A DNA stretch of 64,000 bases from Phoronis australis (GCA_002633005.1 NMRA01000346.1:242116-306115), one strand, 5' to 3'. Positions 1-13,420 are shown, counted from the stretch's first letter. Numbers and translations are program-made. Notes: a model not told the origin generated them from the letters alone.

Positions 1-1279
1 TACGTATTAAATGTGCACGTCACTAGACAGACGATCCAACAACTGAAAGCGTTGGCCTGAGGAACCACGGACTCAGATCTCAGGCGGAAACATCCACTAA
101 CATTTGTAGCTGAATACAAAAGCAACATAAATGTATTTTCCACCGACTAAAGCATGTTTTCCAGCGCGGTTCCCGCAAAACTAACCGCTTTGTAAATGAT
201 CAAATATTGATGTTCATTGATTCGTGCACTTCAGTAATGTTTACCGTACAAATAACTCCGCTGAAAAGAAGAATAAGATTTCCGCTTTACAAAGTCGGAC
301 AGGAACCGATGCGAAATAAAAAGGAAATTGTTCCAACAGCCACCGACGGCATACAAGTACTCCTCACAATAATGAAAGTTTCAATTTTTGTTCTTTTCTA
401 TTTTGCTACAATTAACTGGAGCAAAATCAACTGTTACACAAGAGAAAAGCGACTTGGAAAAATACAGTCAATTGGCGGCCAGGACTTCCGGTGTATATTT
501 AAACGAGTCTTTCCTTTGCTATCACTGAACATGTAAATCAGAGTCACTAAGCGTGTGTGAGGTCAGGCAAATAGGTAAACGTGCACCACTAGTATTACAA
601 TGGAGAAACTAAAATAAACAAATCCACATTCACTGAAATAGCAAACCATTACCTTTTTGAACAATAATTTACATCTTACATCCATTGTCATGATTTTCAC
701 ACCTTTAAGGGGTGGGGGTGGGGGTGGTTGTGGGGGTTGACGTTGTAATTTTAACTGTTTTAACCCTCACAATCTTTTTCACACTCATATGTTGCACGAA
801 AAACGTGGCTAAGAGTCAACAGATTTACAGGTTCGCAAGCATATGGACAGTTTGAAGGAACAATGGATTATTAAATGTTTTGTGTTATTTCTGGATTCAG
901 TTTGGTTCCGTATTGTGCCTGCTGTCTCCGTTACGCGGAGATTGGTCTGAGCTGCCAACTGCAAACCAAATACAAAAATCCACACGTACAATAATGCTAG
1001 GCTTGACAACGGCGTTAATAGTTTTCTTTTGATCACAGACCTTAGTTTTACTCGGCTACTGTCCTTGTGTCAAAATCTGAATATAATGGGTATTATTCGA
1101 AACAAAATAATGCGTGATTGCAACTCAATTTTTATGCCTCCGTCAGCAAGAGTTAGGACATCACAGTGGCGGCGTCAGTCAATATCTTTTGTTCCAACAC
1201 GCGGTGCTAAGCCCTAAAATTACCTCTCCCGAAGTCGCCATTTTCCTTCATGAGCTTACCCCTGATCCTGCGCATTTTT

Positions 1280-1530
1280 GGCATCGTCATCGTCGTCATC
1301 ACCGTCACCATCATCGCCATCACCTTGGTCGGAGTGGTCCTCGTGGTCAGACCCCTCTTCATTTACTCTGTCCTTGCATCGATCATAGTTACCATCATCT
1401 TTGCCATCGTCCTCGTCATCATACGCACTCCGGCGTCATCTTCGCTATCGCCGTCGTTATTTGTAGACTAATTCTTCTTCCTCCTCAATATGACCATAGT
1501 CATATCAATTTTTATCACTGCTTTGATCAT
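1280..1530. repeat. Degenerate (ATC/GTC)n trinucleotide low-complexity tract
   Basis: Runs of CATCGTCATCGTCGTCATCACC; His-rich, hydrophobic or Asp-rich depending on the frame. Confidence 0.75.
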
Positions 1531-4459
1531 CGCCGTTTGTTACTTACCCTTCAGTGTAATCTTTCGCACCACGATATTGCTGCGCGTGCGGTCGCCATAA
1601 TCCTTTTGTCAACAGCAATTCACACATTAGCTCAATCATCCTGTTTCATTTTTAGTGTCACGTGGGCAACCAGAAAAAAATATGTCCTTGGGCGTATAAC
1701 AGAAGTTTACGATGTGGGAATGTATATTTGGAAAAACCGCATTGATTTGTTTCTTTCGCCAATAAACTGCCAACAAGTTGTTTTAAAAAATCCCAGAAGC
1801 CATTTAATTTTTCATATTTCAGCATATTTCATAGCTTCTGATTTCTAGGACTTATCTGACATAGCTCACATTCAAAAGGAGAAGTGAGGGCGCAAGTGAA
1901 TAGACGTAAATACTATCAAGAAGTGACAGACATCATACCCAAGTTATGGAATCAATAGAAATACCACAAAAATCGAATTGTCAACTACTACAGCAAAACA
2001 TTTGCCAAGCGTACTACATTTGTAGTACAACAAACCGATAATCGAATTTCTGCCATTCATCCAATTACCCCAAACCGACTATCCCTGTTGAAAAAGCCAT
2101 GTATACGTTGAGCATGTACATGCATGTAAGCAAACAAACGTGGATACACGGAGACAACTGACTTGGATGGTGTAGTGACCAATGCGTAAGGTGACCGTAA
2201 CACCTGTACACGTGCATGTGTGGTGGAAGGACCCCAGTTTTGACACACTAAGGTGGATTTTATCATCGTTACCACCGCGTCGTCGAACTAGAAGTTTTCT
2301 CGTTATCGTCGTCATCATCATCATCACCATTGTGATGTTTAGTGATAACTTGTCATTGCATTAGGCGACGCAAATTGGACCGAAAATAAAAATAGACATG
2401 GTGTCACACTGGGTCCAAAACGTCAAAATGACGTCATGGTGATGATGACGATTCAATCGTTCCATGTAATAACAAGTATTATATTTCTCTTACTGCAATT
2501 TTTCAAGACATATGACCATTTAATAACCATTTCAGTTAATGACTTGTCGATTTATCGGGAAATTCGAAACTTGACTTGCAAGGGAAAGGGTATCAGAATT
2601 TGCAACCCATCACGTTACCGCAAAGCCAAGGCACGAGCGCTACACGCAGAGTTGAAAAAGGTGTATGTAAACAAGTTGTGCACAAGGATACTCAATGTCT
2701 GAGACGTATTACATGAGCGTAATAATACTCGACAAAAGGGGAATTTTCAAACATTAGTTTATCGATATACCCGAAACAATCAAACTTAAAAAGTACATGT
2801 ATTGTAGCTAAATAAACAACAGTTCTGCTCAATGACAAAATACGGTCAAATACACAACTATGTAAAAATACAGGCCGTTTTGACAGAGCAAAAGACAAAT
2901 ATTTCTATATTTTTGTTGTCATTAGTGTTGACCTTTTGACCTATGACGTCAACCACGTAGTTACAAAACTCGACATGAAGAAATTGGAGGTTTCTACTAC
3001 ACGGCAAGTACTATTCATATCACAAAAAATGAGGTATAAATGAGTTGCTCACAACACGATTAGTATTGCCAGAACCATTCAATAACTTGTGTACATATAC
3101 TAGTCTGCCACATGCACATTTTTATTCAATCCACTGGACTTCTTAACCATCAACCACTGCTATAGCAAAACGAATCATTCGAACGGTGAGTTGTAGTCTG
3201 TTGTCAGCACTTTCGGTTAGTTCCGATTTCTTGCCCATTGCACAAATACATTAACAAGTTGGGAAGTGGGAGATTACGAGGTCGGATTGATTATTTAGGA
3301 TTGTGCACATCGGTAGTTAATACAGCGACTTAACCCTTCAGTTGCGTATGTAAACTTGATTCAGATTTCGGCAGAAGCAGCTGAAAACGTTAATAGTGCG
3401 GTAGTTGAAGTAATGCAATGGGAAATGGGCAGAGCCAAAATTGCTTTTCATAATATCAATTTTTGCGTAAATTGACAACCGTTGATTTGACAGGGTTACT
3501 AGATTTTGAATATATAATAAATAATAAAATATGGGCATTGTGACTGATTTGGGTCACCTAGCATATACACAACACAGCGACTACCAACGTGTACAACGTC
3601 CGGAGTTTCAGTCTGAAAAGTCAACGTGTAGAACCACATCACTTCGTACTACCATGACTCTAGCGAATGAGGCTAGAAAGGCGACAGGCTACATGCATTC
3701 GCACAACGAATTAACACGTCATTGGGATTACCTGTACGCATACCTAGACGCAAACAAGTTATACCGGTGCGCGTTAAGAAGTGCAAAATTTGGCATTCCG
3801 TATGTACACTTTTTCTGACTGAAGGTACAACATAATTAACGCATGCTATGGTATTAGCTTGATAATAATATGTGGCCCCCACTGAGAGCAAACATGATTA
3901 ACTACAAAAGTGCAAGTGCTCGATTGCAAGAAAAGTTAACAGAATATCAATAGAGATTACAAGGGATTGCGTACATGTAAGACGCTCGCTATACTCCCGT
4001 GACATTTGCATCTTACGTAACGATAACGTTTGAAGCAGCCAGCTCGACATACATGTATGTTACGTACATTGTACCATGCGTATTTTACTACAGTCCGGAG
4101 ACACAAGAATCTCGCTAAGGAAGGGGTTATCTCGTGAAGCCGTGCGTGACGATTTTGAGAGGTTTTTGCATCTACAAAACGCACACCAGGTACAAATTTC
4201 TTCCAGTTGCTACGGAAACTGGGAATCCACCAGACGTTGTAGAGAAAACGATTTGCCCAAAACTCCCAGCATTTAGGCGTGAACTCCGTAGACTTCAAGC
4301 GAAGCAATGATCACTACCTTCCATCCCTAAATTCTTGTGTATGGAGCTCAACCCAAGGGACATTCATCTCACACGCGTCCCATGCATATGAACAGTGTCA
4401 ATTTAATCAGATTTAAAGAAAAACACCTAATTACATCAGAAATCACTTTGCACACTTAC

Positions 4460-4517
4460 GTTTTGGTTTCCACAGTGTATTCGGATTACAGAGAGGCGGT
4501 GTCGCACTGAATTTATA
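4460..4517 (-). promoter_or_regulatory. Candidate TATA box and short first exon
   Basis: Minus-strand TATAAA (4512-4517) followed ~55 nt later by AAC|GTAAGT at 4460. Confidence 0.3.
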
Positions 4518-5679
4518 CCGAACCAAAACAGACCGGATGAGAGGAGAGATTTCCATGCGTGCTAACACACTGTAACTAACTAGCACCTGACTGCCAGCGT
4601 GATAATATTATGTTTGTGAACCACAAAATATCCGCCGTATAGTGTACAAATAAACATCATCTTTTAAAACAAACTTCGGTAAACAATGCTTCCGGTAAAT
4701 AGCAGGGAAGTAGTGGGATCGTCTTAATCCTCAAATTAAACTTTGTAACATGTTAAACCGGTTTAAAGCCACGCACAGGTTTGTTTTATGGTTTAGCAGT
4801 TGTTATTTATTTTTCATGTTAATCATTTTCATGAATAAATGTATAAACCTGGACCGTGTTGAAAATCAAACGTGCTGTTATCACCCCCACGGGCTCGTGG
4901 TTTTTAATTCAGTATCAATATAACATTTACTACTGATCTCAACCTAAAATGAAAGATTACATGGCGCCCAATTTGGCAACCAACGGCTCGCTTAAGGCTA
5001 TCTCATATTCCTGGTGGTGACTTTAGCCCGACTGGTCTTGCACGGCAAACGCGCCTTAATATTTGCCAAATTCAACCTCACTTTCCAAGATTTTCCGCCA
5101 CTTTTTACATTCTTATGCAACACATGTATTAACAATACGAAAGCTTGTCCATGCAATTAGGTTACGAAATATTAATTCTAATCTATTTTGCTGAAAATCT
5201 CAGTTTATTAATAATTACAGCGCCCTCAATGAGAAGCGAGGTAAATGTTTGACCTAGTATGGAGTTACCCGTTTCGATTCAATCGGGTAATCTGCATATA
5301 TGGGAAGCAAATAATTCAATAAGAAAAATGAAATGGTTACAAAACTGCTGAAACTTGAAACACCGAAGGAAACTGTAACGGCTCGCGTTCATAGCAAGAA
5401 ATGCTAGAGGTATGAGATTACGGTGACATTTACATGGCTATCATCCCATAAGGGCGTGTCCCATAAAGGCGAGGCCGCATTGCGTGAAAATGAAAATAAA
5501 CATAAACAGTAGCAGAACTCGTCATTTCTTCAAAATTTCAGACGGATTATTTTCTCAGCAGGATACATGCAGCGATTGTCCTTTCGTTTTCCTTCTCGAT
5601 TTCAGTGAGCTTTGACTGACAGCCTTCTCAAGAATCAACGATTTGTATTTAAATTAAAAAATAAACACACAGAACAGAT

Positions 5680-5790
5680 CTTGTAATTTTATTATTTTGA
5701 TCAAAGCTTACAGTGTCAAGAAGTGTATCTTACCCAGATATGCCCTTCAAATACACGTAAGTTCTTGGCCTTAACACGATTGTGTCCCTT
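5680..5790 (-). mobile_element. Terminus of a related Kolobok-like element
   Basis: CGATTGTGTCCCTT is the reverse complement of AAGGGACACAATCG, which starts the 57920 element; the partner end was not located. Confidence 0.45.
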
Positions 5791-6607
5791 TCAAGATTGT
5801 TTTTCATTTTTTCTATAGGTCAGATAGTTAACCTGTCCATTGACAATGACAATAGCGATATAAGTTCCCAAGATCGGAGATCGATACATGACATATTGTG
5901 AGTTATTTGCACTTTATTTCGCTTTAGGTATCAGAACCTGCCAGATGGCGCGAAGCTCAATTTCCATGTGTAAGTATCGACAATGACTTGAAAATTTATC
6001 GATGAATCTGTAGCGATGCGTTCGTGTTACATACAGGCCTCAAGTGGTATCTGATACATCTGACGTTATCTTTTATTTAACACGGAAATAGTGAACCCAT
6101 GGACAACATTCATATGCCACCTGATCAAGAGGCACGGTTCGGACCACTGCTCCACCGCTAAACAATCACACGACCGGTGAATGTCCGTCACATGCCTATA
6201 AATCCTCGGATTAATGTCACTTGAGTGAAACAACCCGCCTCAACAGAAACACACTTGCCAATTTTCACGACGATTCTTCAAGCGGTTTGGCTGATGGGGT
6301 GGCAGACACGAAACACGGATATTAAAATGACCACCAGGGGCGCAGAATCAGTTTGAAATAGGTGAGGTGCCGTCGTATCCTTCGTGTGTATTTTCCGATG
6401 ATCTTGAAGTTCCATTAAGTAAATTAATCATTGGATATACGTAAAACTCTCATCAATACAATCACATGTACCAATTTTTTTGAAAATCCATTGCAAAATC
6501 ATAGTAAATGTTGCGGCAGAGGCAAATAAAAACAAAGTTGCCGCTAGAAGACGCCACTGTCGTCGGACCAGTAGGAAAATCAGTGGCAGATGTGCTTAAC
6601 CATCAGG

Positions 6608-6775
6608 ATTACCTCGGGTGTTTTAGTAGCGTCCAATATCCTGTTAAGGGTGAACGTTATCTGCAAATAAGAGACTTCAGTCATATGTAGTCATGTGACA
6701 ATAAAAACTGGAGAATGATTGGCCGCATGACTGAAGTTCGAGCCTGCGCAGATAACGTTCACCCCGAGGGTAAAT
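6608..6775. repeat. Degenerate inverted repeat (old MITE-like hairpin)
   Basis: GGGTGAACGTTATCTGC (6648-6664) vs GCAGATAACGTTCACCC; ACTTCAGTCAT vs ATGACTGAAGT; TTACCTCGGG vs CCCGAGGGTAA. Confidence 0.75.
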
Positions 6776-7784
6776 TCTGGGCCATGAAAACATCGGAATG
6801 TTCCGAACGGTGCTATCATGGATAGAAATACATTTGTCATATTTGTAATGAAATTCCGAGTGTTCTGGCGGATCGACAGACAGACGCCAACAACTCGAAA
6901 ATAATTTTAAAATGGCCACTACAGAACTTTTAATTTTCACGAAGATCGAGCAGGGAGTTTACACTGTAAGAGTTGCAGTTGTAGACTCCGGACAAACGCC
7001 GGACGCCCAGATCGTGGACAGAGATAGAGGCAATGCGTATCCACATCTGTTTATGTGGGCATATATAAAGGCCTCCATGGACATCACCATCACTAATCAC
7101 GAACTCTTGGCGCATGTTAGATGAATTGAATTTTTAACGCCTCAAAATGCATGTAATCAGAAGGAGGCAACGTTTTTCATCATCATGAATACCAGGGGGA
7201 TATATTTTAATGTCAAAGGGGAAAGCAAAAGTTTTGTTCATTTTTGATGGCATAGTTTGGTCATCTTACATAAAATTTCAAGTTAATTATATCAGTCTAA
7301 AAAGAGTGCAGATGGCCTCATGCCTTTGCTGTACATCAGACGTGTTTAGGCAGCAAGGCCAGGCCCATTTCACTAATCACGTGATTATGACTCATGGGGA
7401 CCCGACGCTTTTGGTTTCTTCATGGGTAAAATCTCCCAATATGCCTTTTTGTTCCAGAAATATAGAAAGACTATTGAACCGAATGAACTAGCAATGTCAA
7501 CTAGGCGAGTTAGGTGTCCATCAAGTAGCAGATTACTGTGGCTACTGTAGGCAGGGCAAATTTCTACCAGATGTTGAGGAGTCTCGGTCTGCCACATTTG
7601 GGATCACCTGCGTGATAGCAACTAAATCCAAGCAGGAGAGTTTTTTAACCTTTCGGATCAGTAGGATCGGTTTGTTTTGCCTGCAGACGGAGAGCTTCCT
7701 CCATGAATCTAGGGGCAGTTTCCACAACCAGTGTCTCACCTTTGCTCTGCAGCACCTATAGGCAACTGGTAAGCCTGGTGAACA

Positions 7785-8190
7785 TGCTCCTTCGTTTGCA
7801 AAATTGTCAGCAGCTTCGTTTCCATCAATGCCAGCACGGGGTTTAACTCAGTTCACTTAAACAATTCCACCACCTGTTAGGCGGTTAAGCACGTTTACAC
7901 AGGCCTGAACTCAACGGGAGTTGATCTTGAGCTTAGTTGAAGTTTTAATAGCCGCTTGGCTGTCTGAGAGTATGAAAAGTTCCTTGTTATCCAGGACTGA
8001 TTCATGCTTCCTTGCCAGTTGGGCAGCCTGGTGAATGGCGACAATTTGAGCCTGAATGACTGTTACAGTGTTACTCAGTGGGATCCAGCTTGTTTGTCGT
8101 CCACTGCAAGGTCTGGAAAGTAGATTCCCGATCCTGACTGTTCGTTGTCAAGTTCATAACTATCGGTGTAACAAACGAACTGATGATCAC
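7785..8190 (-). pseudogene. RNase H domain remnant of the LOA-like element
   Basis: CYTDS..SGSG, TVIQAQIVAI, ILSDSQAAI and V(N*)VKPRAGIDGNEAADNFA correspond to the YTDGS / QAE / SDSQ / WVPGH.GI.GNE.AD motifs of non-LTR RNase H. Confidence 0.88.
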
Positions 8191-8355
8191 AGAAATCAAT
8201 TATTTCGTGACCATCCCCAATTTCTCTACAGAAAATGTGTCTGTTATTTTGGTTCTTCACTAAAACATCGCTCGGCATTGCCAAAAAGTTCTATTTTCTG
8301 ACAGTAACCTGTTGCATATAGTAATAGGGCTCTTGTGAACAACAGTGTCAGTGAT

Positions 8356-9520
8356 TCACGCATTACTTCCCTGCCCATTACACTTCATACGGTAAGCTGA
8401 AATCGCAGATTCACTACTGAGGTAAATATGCAAGGGTGGCAAAGCAATAAGAATTTCCATTGTAGCTGGAGGTATCGCCACAAATGCAGAAGTCACATAC
8501 AAGCAAGCTAAACGCTTCAGTTGTATCAGTTTAACAGTGCTCTGTTCAAGAGATGTTATACATATTGATGCCGCGTGAGCCAACATCGGTCTGATAACAA
8601 CAATCTAGATCCAGAGAGAGGGGAGATTCCCCAAGTTTTACCCACAACTCAGTTATACCTTACCAGAGCCGACTTGGCCTTGGTTATCCTATCCATCACG
8701 TGAAGTGTCCAAGGTAATGGGGAATAACACCTTGGTAGGCGACTTCTTCCATGTGAGCATCACCACTTTTGTTTTACTGCTATTGATCTCCAAGCCAACT
8801 CTCACGTTCCATCGGATAGTAATATTAAGTGCCTTTTGGACAATGTTGCTGCATGTGGAAGCATCAACGCTTGACACTCAGAAGGCAATGTCATCGGCAT
8901 AGGTCTGTCAAATGTTAACCAACAACACCCTTAACAGACAGTCCATGACCACATTGAAGAAAGTAAGTGAAACGGTACCACCTTGTGGAGTCCTTCTAGT
9001 GATACACTAGCTCCTTCAAGCTTAGCTGATGCAGTCTGACTGCTCAGCATGTACATAATACACCTTGTAAGTCCTTTGTCAATCCGAAACTTAACAAGTA
9101 CATCATGTTTAATGTAGCTGAAGACACCAACAATGTTACTGAAAGCACCAAGAGCAAAGAGTTTCTTGTATATGGCAATTTCAGGCTGCCTGGCAAGGTG
9201 ATGAAGAACCAGTCGCTGGAGAAAAAAGCCAGCTCTTTTGTGTAAACATACTGACTGAAGTTAAGTCTTAACATCTTATCTTTCTAACTGCCACAGAACC
9301 GATTTCTCAGGACTTAACAAGACGCAGGAAGTTAGAGTTATAGGTCTGAAGGAGTCAGTTTTGAAGTAAGAATTTTTGCCAGGTTTGGGAATAAAAACAA
9401 ACCTCGCTTTAATCCAAGTTTCTGGGACGTAGCCTAGTCCAAGACAGGATTTGGAAAATCTTAGTTCCTGCTTCCTGTAGTATCTTAGGGAGTACCTTTT
9501 CTTGCCCGGGGGACTTCCAT
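8356..9520 (-). pseudogene. Reverse transcriptase domain remnant of the LOA-like element
   Basis: IPKPGK..FRPITL, PQGG and YADD motifs occur in the expected order; an in-frame TGA lies just before QTYADD and there are several frameshifts. Confidence 0.9.
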
Positions 9521-11602
9521 AGTTTAAAAGATATGAGGGTCAGTGTAACTAGATAGCTAGTAGCCATCTCATCAAGAAAGTCCACATGGAATTCGTGTTT
9601 TTCCCGGTCACGTACTGCGTCTCCAGTTTCATGAGCAGGTATCACACTACTGGGGTAGTGTTTATCCAACATTGCCCTGAGAATTGTATGAGCCGTCTTT
9701 TCGCTCGACAGTCTCCAACTGAGCAGTCTTGACCTTCTTCTGAATCTCAACAATTTGCCGTTACTGACAAACCTGAACCTTGCTGCCAAAACATCTATAC
9801 ACGCTCCTTTTTGCCCTACGTGGCTTGAAGGTCCTGTTTACCTGCTCGGCAATGCGATGAGCTTTTCTTGCCTTCTTCTGAAGAGATGCCTAGGCTCTAA
9901 ATAGCTTTGCATGCGTCACTCGGCAAGTACCCTTCGCGACCTGAATGATTCCTCGCCATCACTGTTTACACGGACTCCAAGTTGTATTTCACATCGTATG
10001 CGCCACTATGTACGTCAGTTTGTAACAAACTACATGTACCAGTTGTTTACCCTTCTCTAATCTTGTCCAATATGCCCGGATGTTGCTGTGTACTGGGATG
10101 TTAACATCATGAAAAGTAAAAGAAGCTCCGTTTCACCGACTTCCACAGGATGACAAGATCTATCGGCATTGGCTCGTACATGTTAGAAAGCACCGTTCCC
10201 GCTCACACCATCGTTAAAGCAGTCCACAAATAGCCTGCGTGCAGCAAACTATTCTTGACGTCGTTTTACGAAGGGGATACGCTGGGAGAAATCATCAAGG
10301 GAGGCCGGGTTGTAAAAATGTTCTGAAGTAGGATACCATACCGAGGGTATTTCCCTTCTCTGCTCCGTTGCCAGCAGCTGGGTCGTGACTTTTTGTAACG
10401 CAAACCTTCCTGACCTGCAGTCCCTGTAGAGACTGAAGGCCACAAAGTTTGTGAGTCCCGCGCGTGTAGACGGTCAAAGCAGCGTCCCAGCGCAGAAACT
10501 AGCACTACGTCACCATTAACGGGACCCCAAACTTGGATTTAAAACTCCCACTCAACTCAGTAATTTTTCCAATCTAGAAATATCCACGAATATTCAAGGC
10601 ATGCACTTAATTGCTTTTCCTTTTTTTTTTGAAAATACTATACAGTCAACAGATGGCCACAATGAATCGTTGCAAAAACAACAAAGATGGCGGGAATGAT
10701 TCGGGCCGCGAACGTCACTTCCGAAGTGGAAAATGCAAAATGTATTACAACACGGGACATTTTATTAACTTGAATATTATCTAAGATACCTAGAAAATCG
10801 TAAAAATGAGATTAAAGACGGTTCGATTCCATTATAATAACTGATCTTTTGACTCTCTTAAACAACGGATTTGGTAACAGTAATGTGACGTAGTCTACAT
10901 TTATGTAAGATTTGGGGCCTGCGTTCCACACATGCAGGGAACTTGCAAAAACGCTAGTTCAAGCCTCGTGAGATATTACCACACATTAAAAGGGAAGTAG
11001 ACGATCACATCAATTTTTCTCGCGATTGTCTTGGACCAACAGACTACAGACGAGTTTCTTGTTTTGACATTTGCTTTCGTTGAGAAAACATAATGGCCGA
11101 CTCGATATTGACCAAATAATGTTTCTATACTTTCTTCTATTAATTTCTTAAAAATAAAATTATGACCTATTTGCTCCTGCATACTTTCTCATTTATGCAG
11201 ACCCCTGTCACATCTAGCAACCGCATTCCGAATGTTTAACATGGCGATTAAGCTTTTCCAAATTTATGAAATTGCTCTGTATTATACTGGACTAGAAAAC
11301 AAGGTCGCAACTATGCAAATACGTCCCACCAAACGATTATAACTCACACAGTGTAATTGTTTATAACATACCGATGCTTTCTTGGTGTTATCACTCAGTT
11401 TGATACCCAGCACGAGATAAAGCAAGACAACACGGGGGGCAATCGCACGACTACACTTGAGTAAATTCACCTTAATTGCGCCATGCGCAAATTGAACCAC
11501 GTCGTGGACGAATACAAAATAAGCGCCTGTGAGTCAGTCACAAGGTGGGGTGGCCGTCTCGTCCAAGAGTGAGCTCACGTGCACACGAAACCTGCCTGTA
11601 AA

Positions 11603-12550
11603 CAGTGGCGGATCTAGGATATCACAAGGGGGGCCAACATTTTGTCCGGCTGTAAGCATTTGCGCAAACTGAACCACGATTGTAGATGCTTATAGCACCG
11701 AATGGGGGGAGGAAATTTTTCTGTTTTTACCTCTAAAAATCAAGCATTTTCCTTGATTCCTGAAGTATTATCCAAGAAAAAAGGCAAAAAAAAAAACACG
11801 GAAAACGAGTGAAACATACTCGAACTCACGACCTGGCGCGCGTGCGTTACCACTACATCACCACAATTTAACTAATAATAACATACTAAGAGACCTACTT
11901 GTTTATGGTCCACAGCGTTTGCGCGCGAAACCTACTTCTTTTTGTAATGCTTATTACACGTTTTGTGTCATCGATTCGTAACAAATTTGTCGTATTTAAA
12001 ATAGTCTTCAAATGCCCAAAAGACCAAATCCGTTTTTGTTGTTCGCAATAATGACGGGATTGCTTTGCTTTGGAAATCGTCTTAAGATAAGGTTTGACTA
12101 AGAGAGCATTGCGAGTTTCTGAGTGATTCACTAAGGCTTCGATTAAAATTCACATCTTACCAGCAGCTTCTGTTTTTTCATCGTAACTCAGGTTCCATTT
12201 TCTTTAAAAATGAAGTAATTTTTCTTCATTGCACAGTGGAGCAGACGACGGAAACGGAGTCGTAGTGTGCAGCGCCACTGCCGGTCGCCTGGGATATTGC
12301 GGGAGAGCCAATACTTAGCCATAGTTCCGTTACGAATGCGCCGTGTTCCGAATTTGACACTTGGAATTGGATTTGAGCCCCCCCAACACTAAAACTGCAC
12401 ACATTTAAATCTGTTTTCATCCGTATAATTTTAATTACTGGGGTTAATTAATAAACTCAACATTTCCCTACGCTGTTACTGTTTTATTTTTTTGCGGCAG
12501 CCAAGGGGGGCGGGGGCGGGCCCCCTGGGCCCCCCCTAAATCCGCCTATG
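11603..12550. mobile_element. Non-autonomous hAT-like element (~950 bp) with 5-bp TSD
   Basis: Ends CAGTGGCGGATCTAGG ... CCTAAATCCGCCTATG with G/C-run subterminal tracts; GTAAA immediately on both sides (11598-11602 and 12551-12555). Confidence 0.78.
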
Positions 12551-13420
12551 GTAAATGTGTATTTACAGACACGCTCGACAAAGGAGTTAACCCGCGGAAC
12601 ACAAGTTTGCCTAAGTTTTGCAAATAAAAACTAGTCTCAGTCTTTTAATGAGATTTTTTTTGGGAATTCCAATTCTTACGAAGAAAACATGAACAGAACA
12701 GAGAATGCCTACAGTTGTATGTTATAATCCAGGTAAATTTTGAAACAACTATGAAGTAGCGCTATCTAAATTTTTTGAAAACCGCCGTTCATAAGAACAG
12801 AAATACGAGCCAACACACGTGAGTATCGCTGGTTTCTGTCTAAGCTCAGTTAGAACTGCAAAACAACACGTGGCATTCGACCACATTTTGTAACCGCTAA
12901 AAATGGTTCGACAAAGGGACAACCTACTTTGTACGATTAGAGGAAGTAATCAAACGCTTGCTTAGTCGCTTAGCATTGTTTTTGATGGTCTGCAATACAA
13001 CTTGATATAAATTATAATGTCATGGTTTTTTCATCTGAAAATGCTGCATTTGTATATATGTAGAGATGATATGAGCTGATCCTAAGCAAGCTAATAGGTC
13101 AATGATGCCTTCCGAAGTAAATGGGCCTTCAAACAACATGGTAATGGCTACTGATCAGCGCGTCCTCTCCCGGGCCAAGACTTGAGATATGGAGTTTGCA
13201 GTGGTGGCACTCATGCCCTTCAATTTCTTGTCTTGCTATTTGCAGTTGCCACTATTGATGACCCCCAACGGCGGAAAAAATGACTGACGCAGTATTAACG
13301 TCGAACAATAAGGACATAAATTCTTAACCATGCTTCCTAATTACCCAAACGCTAATTATGACAGCAATTAGGGCGTTCTACTCTGAGAAAAAAAACATAA
13401 ATTTACGGACAATTACTTAC

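Larger units (their letters stand above)
7300..10500 (-). mobile_element. Decayed non-LTR retrotransposon, LOA/Lian-like (I group), with RT, RNase H and C-terminal Cys/His remnant
   Basis: Minus-strand translation gives ordered ORF2 motifs broken by stops and frameshifts: SFKLWKSPGQEKVLPKILQ, FVFIPKPGKNSYFKTDSFRPITLTS, LGAFSNIVGVF, TPQGGTVS, QTYADD (8890-8901), GLEINSSKTKVV, LKRLACLYVTSAFVAIPPATMEILIALPPLH, then RNase H motifs and ETPQHLVEICPA. Outer boundaries are approximate. Confidence 0.9.

Noticed and set aside
809-1036. Signal-peptide-like 75-aa ORF
   Set aside because: GTG start; the hydrophobic stretch coincides with a T-rich, acceptor-like tract; no supporting homology.
1114-1848. 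244-aa His-rich ORF, the longest in the window
   Set aside because: Non-ATG start; openness is explained by the ATC/GTC low-complexity tract; no domain recognised.
2925-3010. TGACCTTTTGACCT motif as a nuclear-receptor response element (similar context at ~33065)
   Set aside because: Such motifs are common in Helitron-associated repeats of invertebrates, and the shared downstream GTAGTTACAAAA suggests a repeat fragment; not enough evidence to call either.
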